A DNA stretch of 64,000 nt from Acidobacteriota bacterium (GTDB lineage Bacteria; Acidobacteriota; UBA6911; RPQK01; JAJDTT01), in assembly GCA_965217775.1 (NCBI GenBank), contig CBDCJH010000002.1:3840001-3904000 (forward strand), in the 5' to 3' direction. Below, piece by piece: positions 30,019-38,671 of the stretch. The notes under the pieces are model-generated. The model was given only the letters and a program-made list of their open reading frames with translations. It was not told the DNA's origin and ran no database searches. Made by a program: the position numbers and the translations under genes. How positions within the stretch are numbered: position 1 is the first letter of the stretch; every line of letters starts with the position of its first letter.

Positions 30019-32364
30019 CTAATTTCCAAGCCTCTCCAAGAGGAGGCGGGCCTGCACGTGGTCCGGATTCAGCTTGAGCAACTGCTGGAGAAATTGTCTT
30101 GCCAATGCACCCTCGTTCTTCAACGAGTGCACCATCGCCAAGGTCAGGAGAGTTTCTTCGGCTTGAGGGTTCAGGGATAATGCCTGGTGCAGCGACTCGA
30201 TGGATCTCTCCAGATGACCGGCTTGAGCCAGGACACGACCGAGATTCAGGAAGGTTGCCTCTGCGGCAACACCCTTTTCGACTGCCTCCTCGAGCACTTC
30301 AATAGCGCGCTCGAAAGCGCCCTGCCGCGCCGCGACGATTGAAACCGCGTTGTAGGCGGTTTCGTTGTCTGGCTCCAACTTCAGTAACCGCTCGAAGGCT
30401 TCTTCGGCCTGGGACAACCGGTTCTGAAGGGCGTAAAGATTTCCAAGGTCCAGGTATGCCGGAGCGAATCTCGGAGAAACAGCCAAGGTGCGGTTGATCG
30501 CTGCAAAGGCTTTATCCCACTCCTGGTCGCGCAAGTACATTTGGGCCAGGTGATAGTGGGAAAAGACCGCAATCGGAAACAACTCGGTTGCTCTTTCGAA
30601 GTACCCGATCGCCTCTTGTTTTTTTCCGGCGCCGGCCGCCAGGACGCCCAGCCCGTGAAGTGCCGGAACATAATCCGGAAATCGCTCCAGCACTTGGGAG
30701 AAGTAGATTCTGCCGCGTTCATGGTCTCCCCGGTTGGCGTAGATCAAAGCCAGATTGCTCAAAGGCAGCAACTGATCCGGCCGCCCTTCCAGCGAGCGCT
30801 CATAAGCTGCCACCGCCTGATCGATTTTCCCCGAAACTTCATAACCTTTTCCCAGTAGGGCGAAGGCCTCGATCAGGTAGCGACCGTCGGCCCGCTCGAG
30901 GTACTGCTCCAACAACCGCATTCCTGTTTCCAACTGTCTGGGGCGTTCGGTCAGTTCGGCTGGAGTCGCATCCAAAAATGCCGCTCCCATAAAAAAAAGA
31001 TTCTCGGCCTCGGACAGTGACGAGGTTGAAGGTTCCAGTTCGTAGAGGGTGTTCCGGCCCAGATCAGCGGGCACTTCGGCTCTGGAGTGGATACCGATTC
31101 TATGGTTGGTAAAAACGATGTGACGGGTACGTTGATTTCCTCGCCGCAGCTCCTCGAACGAAATATCGGGGCTATCACCGGTCGGGTCTCCGGATGGCAT
31201 GTGGCAAGGGGCACAGTTCCCCTCGATTTCGACAGGTTTGTGGGTGCTGTCGAGCTCACTCGAGACATGGCAGGAAAGACAGCGGGCGCGGTAGAAATCG
31301 GCGCTCTCTTCAGGAGAGACCTTCCGGTGGGGATCATGGCAGGTGGAACAAGTCATGGCGCCGCCGCTGGCTTGAAAGCATTTCGATTCTTCCATCAGAT
31401 CGCCATGCTGCTTCACCATGTCGAATTGTTTGCTCTTGTCGTCCACACCGCGAAGCTTGAAGCGGACTGCGTAATCCGAGAAAGTTTCGCCCGGCCGGTA
31501 GGAGAAAGTTTCCCGACCCGGCACGATGACTCTGGTTGCCACGCTGTAGACGTTGGTCTCCAGGTGGCATTGGTAACAGAGATCTCTCTGAGCCTCCTTC
31601 GAATCGAGCCCGGGGTGGTAAATCGCCTTCTTGACCTTTTCCGCCGGAGCTCCCTCCGAGATCAAGCGGACGTGTTCGCTGCCCGGTCCGTGACAACGCT
31701 CACAACCGATGCCGGTCGGAAGGGGGTTGGGAAAATAGACCTCGTCCTCGGACCTTTGCGGGATGAGCCGAGGGTAGGAAGTGTGACAAAAAAAACACCC
31801 CTGGGGTATGGGGCGGGTGAAGTCGAGATGATCTGCGACGTCGTAACCGGGAGACATGCCCCAGCGTTGTTCCTGGGTGTACCAGGTGACGGGCAACTTG
31901 GTAATCACGCCATTGGGATGATGATGAAAATAGGAGCGGGCATGATCGCCTGAACCCAGGATGTAGGTGATCTCCTCCTCATGAGTGTGAATAGGCTCGC
32001 CCTTTTTGTTCTTGAGGCTGCGGCGCTGAAAAAAGCGCCCGTCGCGCTCGAGCATGGTGTAATAAAAGCCCGACTTTTCATGGAAAAAACTGTTGTTTTT
32101 TTCATAGTCCTCAATCGTGTTCGCAGGTATGGGGCGAGAGAACGAGCGTGCCATTGCAACACGTTGGTAGGAGTCGGTGATTTCCCTGTGACAGCTAGCG
32201 CACGTATTTTGTCCGACATGGCCTTCGGCCTGACGAGGCTCGGCTGTGGAGAGAGGCGTGGTCTGGCCGGTCGAACCCTGTGGAAAGAGCGCCAGAAGCA
32301 CGGCTGGAAATACCAGGATGGCGCACCCGGCGACGCCGGTTCCGATCAGGATTCTGCTAAACAC
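30019..32364 (-). CDS. Multiheme cytochrome c (7 CxxCH) fused to C-terminal TPR repeats
   Basis: CASCH, CFFCH, CERCH, CYQCH, CSTCH, CLSCH, CAPCH, then ~300 aa of TPR; start codon uncertain. Confidence 0.9.
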   Translation of the reverse strand: MFSRILIGTGVAGCAILVFPAVLLALFPQGSTGQTTPLSTAEPRQAEGHVGQNTCASCHREITDSYQRVAMARSFSRPIPANTIEDYEKNNSFFHEKSGFYYTMLERDGRFFQRRSLKNKKGEPIHTHEEEITYILGSGDHARSYFHHHPNGVITKLPVTWYTQEQRWGMSPGYDVADHLDFTRPIPQGCFFCHTSYPRLIPQRSEDEVYFPNPLPTGIGCERCHGPGSEHVRLISEGAPAEKVKKAIYHPGLDSKEAQRDLCYQCHLETNVYSVATRVIVPGRETFSYRPGETFSDYAVRFKLRGVDDKSKQFDMVKQHGDLMEESKCFQASGGAMTCSTCHDPHRKVSPEESADFYRARCLSCHVSSELDSTHKPVEIEGNCAPCHMPSGDPTGDSPDISFEELRRGNQRTRHIVFTNHRIGIHSRAEVPADLGRNTLYELEPSTSSLSEAENLFFMGAAFLDATPAELTERPRQLETGMRLLEQYLERADGRYLIEAFALLGKGYEVSGKIDQAVAAYERSLEGRPDQLLPLSNLALIYANRGDHERGRIYFSQVLERFPDYVPALHGLGVLAAGAGKKQEAIGYFERATELFPIAVFSHYHLAQMYLRDQEWDKAFAAINRTLAVSPRFAPAYLDLGNLYALQNRLSQAEEAFERLLKLEPDNETAYNAVSIVAARQGAFERAIEVLEEAVEKGVAAEATFLNLGRVLAQAGHLERSIESLHQALSLNPQAEETLLTLAMVHSLKNEGALARQFLQQLLKLNPDHVQARLLLERLGN

Positions 32365-32370
32365 CTGTTG

Positions 32371-33999
32371 TCATTGAATCTTGAATCGGTCGCGGGTTCC
32401 GGCCGATTCTCTGGAAATGCCGTCACGTACGGTCACTCGTAGCGAATAGTCGCCAAGCGGGAGGCCGTCCAAGTCAAGATATTGAACGAAAACCGCTCGC
32501 TCCGGTGAGAAATAGGCAAGATTCTGGCTGGCAGTGTCGGCGACGTTCTTGACAATCTTCCCGTTCCTGGTGATTTCGTAGACAATCTCAGGGTCCGGTC
32601 TGGCCAGGGCCTGATCTACCTGTAGGTTGTACACCTGAAGATAAACCGGCAGCGAAACGGTGGAGGCAAACGTACGATTGACATTGGGGATCACTTTCAG
32701 GTCACCGAGCACGAACATCTGGATCGAATCCGGCACCGCACCAAGCTTCTGAATCGACTCGGCCAGAATCAGAGAGGCGGCAAGTTGTTTTTCGTCATAC
32801 TTGGGAGCCGGCAAGCGAATCTCGGTTGAACCCATCCTTTCACCGTGCAAATCTTCAAGGATCAGAGTCAGCTTGTAGAGACCGGCCGGGACTGCTATCT
32901 GATTCTGATAAACGGACCGTTCCGTCAAGCTCTTTTCGAATTCTTCGGCTTCGTAATCAATTGCCAGTTCCTGCTCGAACTCGGTCAGCATTCGGCCGCT
33001 CACACTCATCACGCGTCCATAGATTCTAAGGCGGCCCTGCTGGATGCCGGATTGCTCTTGAAAGGTCAGGTCCTGATTGCGCACCTCGACGGTAATGGCA
33101 ATCAACACCCTGGCATCGTCCAGTTTGATCGCGTTGGTGGTGATGTCGAACGGCAGACTGTGAAAAAAGACTCTGCTGTCGACCAGCTTTTGGAGGTCTT
33201 TGTAGCGAATCTCGGGAGCCCGCTGAACATCGAAGTAGCGCGCCAGGCGAGCGAAGGGACGATCTTTTGCGCGCATGCCCATGATCCCCTGAATAAAGGG
33301 GTTATGGGCACTGGACGGAGTGAAATAAGGGCGTTGGGACTTATCCATCATCCCCAGTTGTTCTGCCATGGTCAACCCGCCTTCGCTGTGGAGGAGCGCA
33401 TCTTTCTCCTCCAAACCAAGCGCTAGACGGTATTCACCGGTACCTGACTGATCGACAAATTCCAACTCGATATCGGACCCGATTCCTGGGATGTGGCGAT
33501 AAATCCAGCGCTCGAAGGGATAAGTTGTAGTCGTTCCTCCGCCCTCGTAGATAAGCCTTTCATAGCGGCCGCCCGATGGACGCATTTCGCGGTCGTCAGG
33601 CGGACCCCAGAGGATGTAGGTCCTGCCACGATCCGTTCTCCACCCTGCCTTGGCGCTGAAGAAATGGTCATTGGCGTAGGCAATACGCCGGTAATGTTCT
33701 TCCTTGAATTCATTGACCGCGGTGCGGAGATCCGAATCGCGCCGTCGCCAGAACTGTTCGATGAAGCGTTCCCGCTCGTCATCGTTGGTGAGTCGCAGGA
33801 AAACGTCTTCTTCCTCCTCGGTGATGATGTAGACGACGTCCTGTTCGAGCCACTTTCTAAAGTAATCCTGCGCCTCTTCCTGCACCAGGGCTCGATCGAT
33901 TCCCTTGGGAGGAGGAGTGGGTTGTTGAGACCAGCCGGTCTCCACCAGTGCAACAAGTGCTATTAAGGCAAGGCTTCGGCCCCCCATGTACCGTTTCAC
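32371..33999 (-). CDS. GWxTD domain protein
   Basis: KWLEQDVVYII, FIEQFW, EEHYRRIAYAN, GWRTDRG signature. Confidence 0.93.
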   Translation of the reverse strand: MKRYMGGRSLALIALVALVETGWSQQPTPPPKGIDRALVQEEAQDYFRKWLEQDVVYIITEEEEDVFLRLTNDDERERFIEQFWRRRDSDLRTAVNEFKEEHYRRIAYANDHFFSAKAGWRTDRGRTYILWGPPDDREMRPSGGRYERLIYEGGGTTTTYPFERWIYRHIPGIGSDIELEFVDQSGTGEYRLALGLEEKDALLHSEGGLTMAEQLGMMDKSQRPYFTPSSAHNPFIQGIMGMRAKDRPFARLARYFDVQRAPEIRYKDLQKLVDSRVFFHSLPFDITTNAIKLDDARVLIAITVEVRNQDLTFQEQSGIQQGRLRIYGRVMSVSGRMLTEFEQELAIDYEAEEFEKSLTERSVYQNQIAVPAGLYKLTLILEDLHGERMGSTEIRLPAPKYDEKQLAASLILAESIQKLGAVPDSIQMFVLGDLKVIPNVNRTFASTVSLPVYLQVYNLQVDQALARPDPEIVYEITRNGKIVKNVADTASQNLAYFSPERAVFVQYLDLDGLPLGDYSLRVTVRDGISRESAGTRDRFKIQ

Positions 34000-34207
34000 C
34001 TTCCGGCCACCTCACTTCGAGCTTCGAGTTTCGAAAACTTGTTTTCAAAAACGATAGGATGCCAGTCGAACGTCTGTCAAGCGGTCTGAACGTAGGGGCG
34101 CCTCTACGGCGAAGAAATTTGGGTTCCGGCTACGCCGGGTCCGGGAATTGGACTTGGTGCGCGCCTCATCTTGAGCTCTTTTTGGGCAAACAGGTATCAT
34201 CAGGACC

Positions 34208-35617
34208 ATGCTGCCGCTTTGGACCTTGAGTTTGGCTTTCATTGCGGTCGCAACTCCGGAATTGCCTCCACCGCCCCAGTTGGCCGAACGGTTGCTGGCC
34301 GCTTTCGAGCCCCGCGATCGCCAACGGCTGCTTGAAACCTACAGAGAAGCTCTGGCAAATCCGACGGATGGCGAACTCAATGGCCGGCTGGCAATGCTTC
34401 TGCACGGTTTTGGACAATATGAACTCGCATCCACATTTTACCGGCGCGTTGGGTCCATCGAGCCGTCCAATTTTCGCTGGCCATATTATCTAGGGGTGGC
34501 GATGACCGCGATCGGCCGAGAGGCGGAAGCGATCCCTGCTCTTCGGAGGGCCGTCGCATTGGACCCGGACTATCTTCCAGTTCAGCTAAGACTTGCCAAA
34601 CTGCATCGGACGGTGGGCGACTGGGATGAGAGCAGAAAGATTTATCGGAAGGTGGTTCGGCAGCGTCCCGATTGTGCCCGTGCCCATTACGGACTGGGCC
34701 GGGTTCAGTTTGCTCGAGGCGAGACTCAGGCGGCCTTGAAGAGTTATCAGACCGCTTCCCGGTTGGCGCCCGATTTTGGGGCCGCCCATTATGGGCTCGG
34801 CACTGTGTACCGCAGCCTGGGAGAAAAAGAGAAGGCTCGCCGGCATCTACTCCTTTTTGAACGGACTCATGGGAATCCGCCTCCCTTGGCGGACCCTCTG
34901 TTGGATTCGCTCCGCCAGCTTCAATCAAAGGCGGAATACCATTACTTGCGAGGGCTGGGATTTCAACGTAGAGGGCAAATTTCTGAAGCGCTTGGCGAAT
35001 TTGAGCGGGCCTTGAAAGAAGACCCCCGGCATGCGGGGGCACACGCCAACCTGTTCTTCAGCTTTCTCACCCTGGGAGACTTCGTCAAAGCAGAAGAACA
35101 TTATCAAGCGGCGCACAGACTCGATCCCCGGCTTCACGAAATCCACCACAATCTGGGTATTCTCCGAACGCTTCAGAAGCGTGATCGGGAAGCTGAAGAA
35201 GCTTTCCGGCAAGCTCTGGAACTCAATCCTTTTCGGGCCGAGTCACATTTCCTTTTGGGTACCATTCTGGCAAATGGCGGTCAGGTGAGAGAGGCGGAAA
35301 AACGCTTCCGCCTGGCGATCGAGAACCGGTCGCAATTCATGGATGCCCATTTTCAGTTGGGTCTCCTGCTTCAGAAACAGGGGAGGGATGCGGAAGCCGT
35401 CCCCCATTTCCTGAAGACTCTAACCGTAGAGAATGAGAGCACTCCCGTGTACCTGTACCTGTTGGCCCACAGCTATGCTCGCCTGGGTGACCTGGAGAAA
35501 GCCGTTGAATCCGCCACCCAGGCCCGAGACAAGGCGCTTTCGGTGGGGAAGGGTGAATTGGCAGTTGACCTGGAGAGGTTCCTGCAGCAGTTGCACCAAG
35601 CAGGCAAACGGCCATGA
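34208..35617 (+). CDS. Secreted tetratricopeptide repeat protein
   Basis: TPR repeats; paralog of 17027..18436 with near-identical last ~90 aa; ATGA-coupled to CRTAC1. Confidence 0.9.
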   Translation: MLPLWTLSLAFIAVATPELPPPPQLAERLLAAFEPRDRQRLLETYREALANPTDGELNGRLAMLLHGFGQYELASTFYRRVGSIEPSNFRWPYYLGVAMTAIGREAEAIPALRRAVALDPDYLPVQLRLAKLHRTVGDWDESRKIYRKVVRQRPDCARAHYGLGRVQFARGETQAALKSYQTASRLAPDFGAAHYGLGTVYRSLGEKEKARRHLLLFERTHGNPPPLADPLLDSLRQLQSKAEYHYLRGLGFQRRGQISEALGEFERALKEDPRHAGAHANLFFSFLTLGDFVKAEEHYQAAHRLDPRLHEIHHNLGILRTLQKRDREAEEAFRQALELNPFRAESHFLLGTILANGGQVREAEKRFRLAIENRSQFMDAHFQLGLLLQKQGRDAEAVPHFLKTLTVENESTPVYLYLLAHSYARLGDLEKAVESATQARDKALSVGKGELAVDLERFLQQLHQAGKRP

Positions 35618-37374
35618 GAGAGATGGCGGGCTTTCCGGCCCGGGGCGCTTGCCCACGGCCCGCTGGCCGACTGCTGGTCACCCTGCTTTGGGGAGCCTCT
35701 GCCTGGCCGTCTCTTGGGGCTCAAGACCCGTCCACACCAACTCCCCTGTTCTCGGAAGTGGCCTCCCGGGTGGGGCTGGATTTCAAACATTTCAACGGAG
35801 CCGGCGGAAATTTTTACATCCCTGAAATCGTGGGCTCAGGAGCCGCCCTGTTGGACTACGACGGCGACGGCGACCTGGATGTCTATCTGGTACAAGGCAC
35901 GATGCTGGAACCGGGCAAGAGTCCCTCCCAGTCCTGGTTTGCTCCAGACCCTGGGTGGAGGCCGGGGCACCGGTTGTATCGAAACGAGCTGATCCCCGGG
36001 GGAAGTCTCAAGTTTCGGGAGGTCACCGCGGAAGCTGGGGTCGACTCGGTCAGCTACGGGATGGGGGTGGCGGTAGGAGATTACGACAATGATGGAGATC
36101 TTGACCTTTACCTGACCAACTACGGCCCCAATCTGTTGTATCGCAACAACGGGGACGCGACCTTCACCCCAATGCAGGGAATGGGAGCCGAGGATTCCCG
36201 CTGGACCACCAGTGCTGCCTTTCTGGATTATGACCGCGATGGTGACCTCGACTTGTTCGTGACGAATTACGGAAATTTCACTGTCAAAGGAAACAACCCC
36301 TGCCACAATAAGATGGGTCTCCGGGATTATTGCGGTCCCAGTGGCTATCGACCCATCCCGGATCGTCTCTTCCGGAACGAGAGGGGCCGGCAATTTGTCG
36401 ACGTGACAGAGGATGCCGGACTGGGGGCCGCCTTTGGAACCGGGTTGGGAGTCATTTGTGCCGATTTCAACGGTGACGAGTGGACGGATATCTACGTAGC
36501 CAATGACAGAACTCCCAATCAGCTCTGGCTCAACCGGGGAAACGGAAGCTTTGAAGAGGCGGGGTTGTTCTCAGGGACAGCGTTCAACGTCGATGGCAAT
36601 GCCGAAGCCAGCATGGGGGTCACGGCCGCCGATTTCAACAACGACGGCAGCGAAGACCTCTTCATGACTCATCTGACGGAAGAGACCCACACCCTCTACC
36701 TGAACGATGGCGCCGGCGGTTTTTCTGACCAGACCAGTCGTTTTGGATTGACCCGGGTTGATAACTACACCGGTTTCGGCACCCAGTGGTTCGACTACGA
36801 CAATGACGGCCAGTTGGATTTGTTCATGGCCAATGGTGCGGTGCGAATGACGCGGCTGGCCGAACCGGCCGATTATGCTTACGATCAAATCAACCAACTG
36901 TTCCACAACGACGGGGAAGGGAACTATCGAGAAACGACTGCCGAGGCGGGAGCGGCCCTGCAACTGTCGGAAGTGAGCCGGGGAGCCGCCTTTGGCGACA
37001 TTGACAACGACGGTGACGTGGACATTCTGGTCAGCAACAACAACGGACCGGTGCGGTTGCTGTTGAATCAGATCGGGTCGCGACACCACTGGCTGCAGGT
37101 TCAACTGGAGGGGGTGCAAAGCAATCGCTACGGGGTAGGAGCCCGGGTGGGAGTGCAGCGCCAGGGTAAGAGAACGTTATGGCGTCGCGCGCATACCGAC
37201 GGCAGCTATTTGAACGCCAACGACCATCGGGTGCACTTTGGCTTGGGCCGGGACCAGGAGGTCAAGGCAGTCATCGTCCACTGGCCCAGCGGCAGCAGCG
37301 AGAGCTGGGAAGGGGTGGAAGCTGACCGGCTCGTCACCCTCCAAGAAGGCTCCGGAATACCGTGGAAGCCGTAG
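35345..37374 (+). repeat. ~2.0-kb inverted duplication, right arm
   Basis: Matches reverse complement of 15273..17299 with one extra codon. Confidence 0.9.
35614..37374 (+). CDS. CRTAC1-family FG-GAP/ASPIC-UnbV secreted protein (paralog B)
   Basis: DYDGDGDLD repeats, UnbV domain. Confidence 0.93.
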   Translation: MREMAGFPARGACPRPAGRLLVTLLWGASAWPSLGAQDPSTPTPLFSEVASRVGLDFKHFNGAGGNFYIPEIVGSGAALLDYDGDGDLDVYLVQGTMLEPGKSPSQSWFAPDPGWRPGHRLYRNELIPGGSLKFREVTAEAGVDSVSYGMGVAVGDYDNDGDLDLYLTNYGPNLLYRNNGDATFTPMQGMGAEDSRWTTSAAFLDYDRDGDLDLFVTNYGNFTVKGNNPCHNKMGLRDYCGPSGYRPIPDRLFRNERGRQFVDVTEDAGLGAAFGTGLGVICADFNGDEWTDIYVANDRTPNQLWLNRGNGSFEEAGLFSGTAFNVDGNAEASMGVTAADFNNDGSEDLFMTHLTEETHTLYLNDGAGGFSDQTSRFGLTRVDNYTGFGTQWFDYDNDGQLDLFMANGAVRMTRLAEPADYAYDQINQLFHNDGEGNYRETTAEAGAALQLSEVSRGAAFGDIDNDGDVDILVSNNNGPVRLLLNQIGSRHHWLQVQLEGVQSNRYGVGARVGVQRQGKRTLWRRAHTDGSYLNANDHRVHFGLGRDQEVKAVIVHWPSGSSESWEGVEADRLVTLQEGSGIPWKP

Positions 37375-37514
37375 CGGACCAGGATTCCCGAAAAGCGACG
37401 TTGGAACCCCCAGTCAGCTTTCAAAAAATCTGGAAATAGGGAGGAACTATTGGTGACGATAGGAGTTCTCGTGCAGAGATCCAAAAAAACCATTGACGCT
37501 CGAAGGAGGTTCTC

Positions 37515-38273
37515 ATGGCAGCCAGTCTCGACAACCGAATTGCTTTGGTAACGGGCGGAGCCTCGGGGATTGGCCGAGCCACCTGTCTACTGCTTGCTCG
37601 GGAAGGCGCCAAAGTGGTTGTGGCGGATGTACAGGAGGATAAAGCGAGCGAAACCGTCCAGTTGGTCAAAGCTGCCGGTGGGGAGGCGATGTCCGTTGCC
37701 TGTGATGTGACGAAAGCCGGTGAAGTCGAGGGGTTGGTCCAAGCATGCGTGAGCCGGCATGGCCGGCTGGATTGCGGTATTAACGTCGCCGGCATTTTGG
37801 GAGAAATGGGCAAGATCCACGAGTGTACCGAGGACAACTACGATCGTGTGATGGCAACCAACACCAAGGGCATATGGCTGTGCATGAAATATGAAATTAT
37901 CCAGATGCTTGCGCAGGGGTCGGGAGTGATCGTGAACATCGCCTCTGTCGCTGGTGAGGCGGGAACCCCCGACTTGGCGGTTTATGGAGCGTCCAAGGTG
38001 GCTGTCACTATGCTGACACGGGCGGCAGCGGTCGACCTGGTCGCCAGGAATATTCGTGTGAACGCCATTAATCCCGGCTTCGTCCAGACTGCAATGGTCG
38101 ACCAGCAGGAAGCGGACTATCCCGAAAAGGTCAAGGAATATCAAGAAGGTCTTAGAATCGGTCGCATGGGACGTCCCGAGGAAATCGCCGAGGCGGTCGT
38201 GTGGTTGTGTTCGGACAAAGCCTCTTTCGTCGCCGGCCAAACGATGAACGTCGACGGAGCGGCTCTGGCCTAA
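37515..38273 (+). CDS. Short-chain dehydrogenase/reductase
   Basis: TGGASGIG, YGASK, VNAINPG. Confidence 0.93.
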   Translation: MAASLDNRIALVTGGASGIGRATCLLLAREGAKVVVADVQEDKASETVQLVKAAGGEAMSVACDVTKAGEVEGLVQACVSRHGRLDCGINVAGILGEMGKIHECTEDNYDRVMATNTKGIWLCMKYEIIQMLAQGSGVIVNIASVAGEAGTPDLAVYGASKVAVTMLTRAAAVDLVARNIRVNAINPGFVQTAMVDQQEADYPEKVKEYQEGLRIGRMGRPEEIAEAVVWLCSDKASFVAGQTMNVDGAALA

Positions 38274-38307
38274 CAGCCCGTGGCAAAAGTCGTCACGGCA
38301 TTCGACC
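38274..38307 (-). mobile_element. Partial copy (34-bp end) of the 158-bp MITE
   Basis: CAGCCCGTGGCAAAAGTCGTCACGGCATTCGACC directly after CTAA containing the SDR stop codon. Confidence 0.88.
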
Positions 38308-38671
38308 TCCAAATCGAGAAAATCTGGCCTCGATTCCCCACTTTCTCGCTACGATCACTCCTACGGCGCAGACTCCTAGCTTCAGCAGTTTCCCGCGCAG
38401 GGTCCAACTCTGCGCCCGTGCCAGCTCCGTCCCCGCCAGCGGCTTGCCTCGAGCCGACGCCAGACGCCGGATCTCTCCCGTCGGGTCGTCCCGGTCACAT
38501 AGCAGGGCCAGGAGGCGGCCCCGATCCTTGAATGAGACCCTTGCGGACCGTACTCTGCTGGCAATGACCGTCCTGCATTTGCTGCCTGAGACCGTCCTGA
38601 AGTTGGTTCTTCCGGTCAGGAAAGTAATCCGATGCCTGACGCCGGCAACGGGGTTCGACACCAAGAACAGA

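Noticed and set aside
15273-37374. CRTAC1 paralog variation as a diversity-generating retroelement
   Set aside because: No reverse transcriptase or Avd gene; differences include an indel and many non-adenine synonymous changes
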